This document shows positions 62,322 to 64,000 of a stretch of DNA of 64,000 nt, piece after piece (within the stretch, counting starts at the first letter, position 1; each line of letters begins with the position of its first letter). Source of the DNA: Octopus sinensis (Eukaryota). The stretch is from NCBI RefSeq assembly GCF_006345805.1, contig NC_043025.1:12710001-12774000 (forward strand), given 5' to 3'. A program made the translations under genes and the position numbers. A model generated the notes under the pieces. That model did no database searches. It saw only the letters and a list, made by a program, of their open reading frames with translations, and was not told the origin of the DNA.

Positions 62322-64000
62322 ATGGAGACAGTCCTGCCGGCTGACAGCATTGACATCTGTTTCGGAGCGATGAAGGAAGACTTTCTGTTGCCAAGTGCCA
62401 TCTCCAACGCCGACAGCCTCGACGACAACAATAACAGCAACAACAATAACAACGACAGCAATAGCATTGACAACGGCGACACTGACAAATATGGTTGCTC
62501 CAGCATTGCCTCGCAGTGCAACGAGTCTTCAAACCCCAACACTGATTCCGTGACCGATTTGTTTGTGATTTCCGCAGTCATCCCTGAAGATTCGGATGGT
62601 ACTGCTTTGGAGGTGAGTGCAGCTGGCAATGCTTACGAGGGATATGTTGTTGACAATGATGATGATGATGATGATGACAATGGTGGTGGTGGTGGTGATA
62701 ATAATGGCAGCAGTGGTGGTCAGCCAGTGACCATCAATGTCTTGAAGCCCAACATCGTAAATAACTTGCCTTGTATTTCATCGTCTGTAGTGGCTGGCAT
62801 CGTTGAAGAAGAGAGTTCTTGCGTGGATGGCACCTCCAAAGTTGTTTTTGAGAATGGTGGCACGTCAAATGACAACGACGGTGTTGACAATGACAATATT
62901 AATCAGGATGACTTGACGGCTAGAAATGTCATTGTCGTTGGCAGTCCTGTCGAATCTCAGGACAATACAGACGCAGGAAGCAACAATTTGATTTCTGATT
63001 TTCTATCTTTGAAAAAAAAAGGCCTAAAGTTGTCTGATGTGGGTGACTCGTTGGCCCTGGAGGGACTTGCTGCACCAGAAGATGATGCAGTTGCACCCAC
63101 TGCAGTTGTTAAGAAGCTCTTTTTTGTTTCTGGCATCTGCTCTCAACCGTCATCGATGGTGGTTTCGGTGCCAGAAATGGACTCTCTTGTGATGAATTCA
63201 ACAAGAGTGACAACGATGATGACAATGTCATCTTCAACTTCTACACCATCATTGTTATCATCATCATCATCAGTGTCGTTGTCATCATCGTCATCGCTTG
63301 CACTGCCGCAACAACGACAACAGCAGCAAAATAAGCAGCGTAGGCACTCGTGCAGCTGGTGTCCAAAGTCATTCAGCCGAAGCTGCGATTTGCAGCGCCA
63401 CCTGAGAATACACACAGGTGAAAAGCCATACAGGTGCTCACACTGCGGGAAAACCTTCTCGCAGTCGGGCAGCCTCTCTTCCCACCGTCGCATCCACACA
63501 GGCGAAAAGAAAAAGCTGTTTGAGTGCCGCCAGTGCCATGCCTCGTTCGCTGTGAACGCCGAGATGCTCGCCCATTCCAAGTCGGTACACCAGCATCACA
63601 ATAATCTCTCCGGGGGCGCCAACAATACATCCATCAAGTGTACATACTGCCAGAAGACGTTTGTCTCTCCGAGCACGCTTGCGACGCACCTGCGCGTGCA
63701 TACAGGTGAGAAGCCCTTTTCGTGCTCGATGTGCGCAAAGTCGTTTGCGCACAAGAGCGACCTCACGAAGCATGTGCGGTCGCATACGGGTGAGAAGCCG
63801 TTTCGCTGTGAAATCTGCCAGAAGTTGTTCTCGCGTTCCACCAGCCTCACTGTGCACCGGCGCTGCCACACGGGGGAGAAGCCGTTCTGCTGCATCTGCT
63901 GTTCCAAGTCGTTTTCCTGCTCCAGTTACCTCACCAAGCACATGCGCACACACACCGGCGAAAAGCCGTACGTGTGCAAGCACTGTGACAAGTCGTTCCG
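62322..64000 (+). CDS. C2H2 zinc finger protein, 3'-incomplete (about 340 aa acidic/low-complexity N-terminus, 7 complete fingers plus a partial eighth)
   Basis: I translated an open frame from ATG 62322 (METVLPADSIDICFG..) to the window end with no stop. CxxC..HxxxH fingers with TGEKP linkers start at 63351. Missing from the ORF track because there is no stop in the window. Confidence 0.95.
   Translation, partial: METVLPADSIDICFGAMKEDFLLPSAISNADSLDDNNNSNNNNNDSNSIDNGDTDKYGCSSIASQCNESSNPNTDSVTDLFVISAVIPEDSDGTALEVSAAGNAYEGYVVDNDDDDDDDNGGGGGDNNGSSGGQPVTINVLKPNIVNNLPCISSSVVAGIVEEESSCVDGTSKVVFENGGTSNDNDGVDNDNINQDDLTARNVIVVGSPVESQDNTDAGSNNLISDFLSLKKKGLKLSDVGDSLALEGLAAPEDDAVAPTAVVKKLFFVSGICSQPSSMVVSVPEMDSLVMNSTRVTTMMTMSSSTSTPSLLSSSSSVSLSSSSSLALPQQRQQQQNKQRRHSCSWCPKSFSRSCDLQRHLRIHTGEKPYRCSHCGKTFSQSGSLSSHRRIHTGEKKKLFECRQCHASFAVNAEMLAHSKSVHQHHNNLSGGANNTSIKCTYCQKTFVSPSTLATHLRVHTGEKPFSCSMCAKSFAHKSDLTKHVRSHTGEKPFRCEICQKLFSRSTSLTVHRRCHTGEKPFCCICCSKSFSCSSYLTKHMRTHTGEKPYVCKHCDKSF

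Noticed and set aside
63143-63983. Minus-strand ORFs over the zinc-finger region
   Set aside because: Antisense shadows of the C2H2 repeat coding sequence.

Overview
AT-rich, repeat-dense animal genomic DNA. The SINE/LINE families and the long (TA)n and (GATA)n tracts look like a cephalopod (Octopus-type) genome; this is recognition from memory, not a database result. Two host genes point away from each other. (1) A minus-strand JADE/rhinoceros-family gene (EPL1/Enhancer-of-polycomb-like domain + PZP double PHD finger), rebuilt by hand as 14 GT-AG exons from 34013 to 11532 with all phases consistent; 1131 aa from the ATG at 32280, possibly longer at the N-terminus. (2) A plus-strand C2H2 zinc-finger ORF from 62322 that runs off the window end and is absent from the ORF track. 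The rest is transposon-derived: three Tx1/L1-type ORF1 remnants, a decayed Crypton (DUF3504 tyrosine recombinase), Tc1 and Tigger remnants, MITEs, Helitron-like elements, RTE, CR1, Tx1 and Dong/R4 fragments and many tRNA-derived SINEs. The most striking pattern is that 3' segments of different LINE families have each been amplified in place into tandem arrays: 67 bp x ~15 (RTE 3' UTR), 90 bp x ~4 (Tx1 3' UTR), 103 bp x ~34 (RTE ORF end), ~335 bp x 2 (RTE ORF end + tail) and 123 bp x ~16 (CR1 ORF end). The 103-bp and 123-bp arrays are still embedded in their parent elements.
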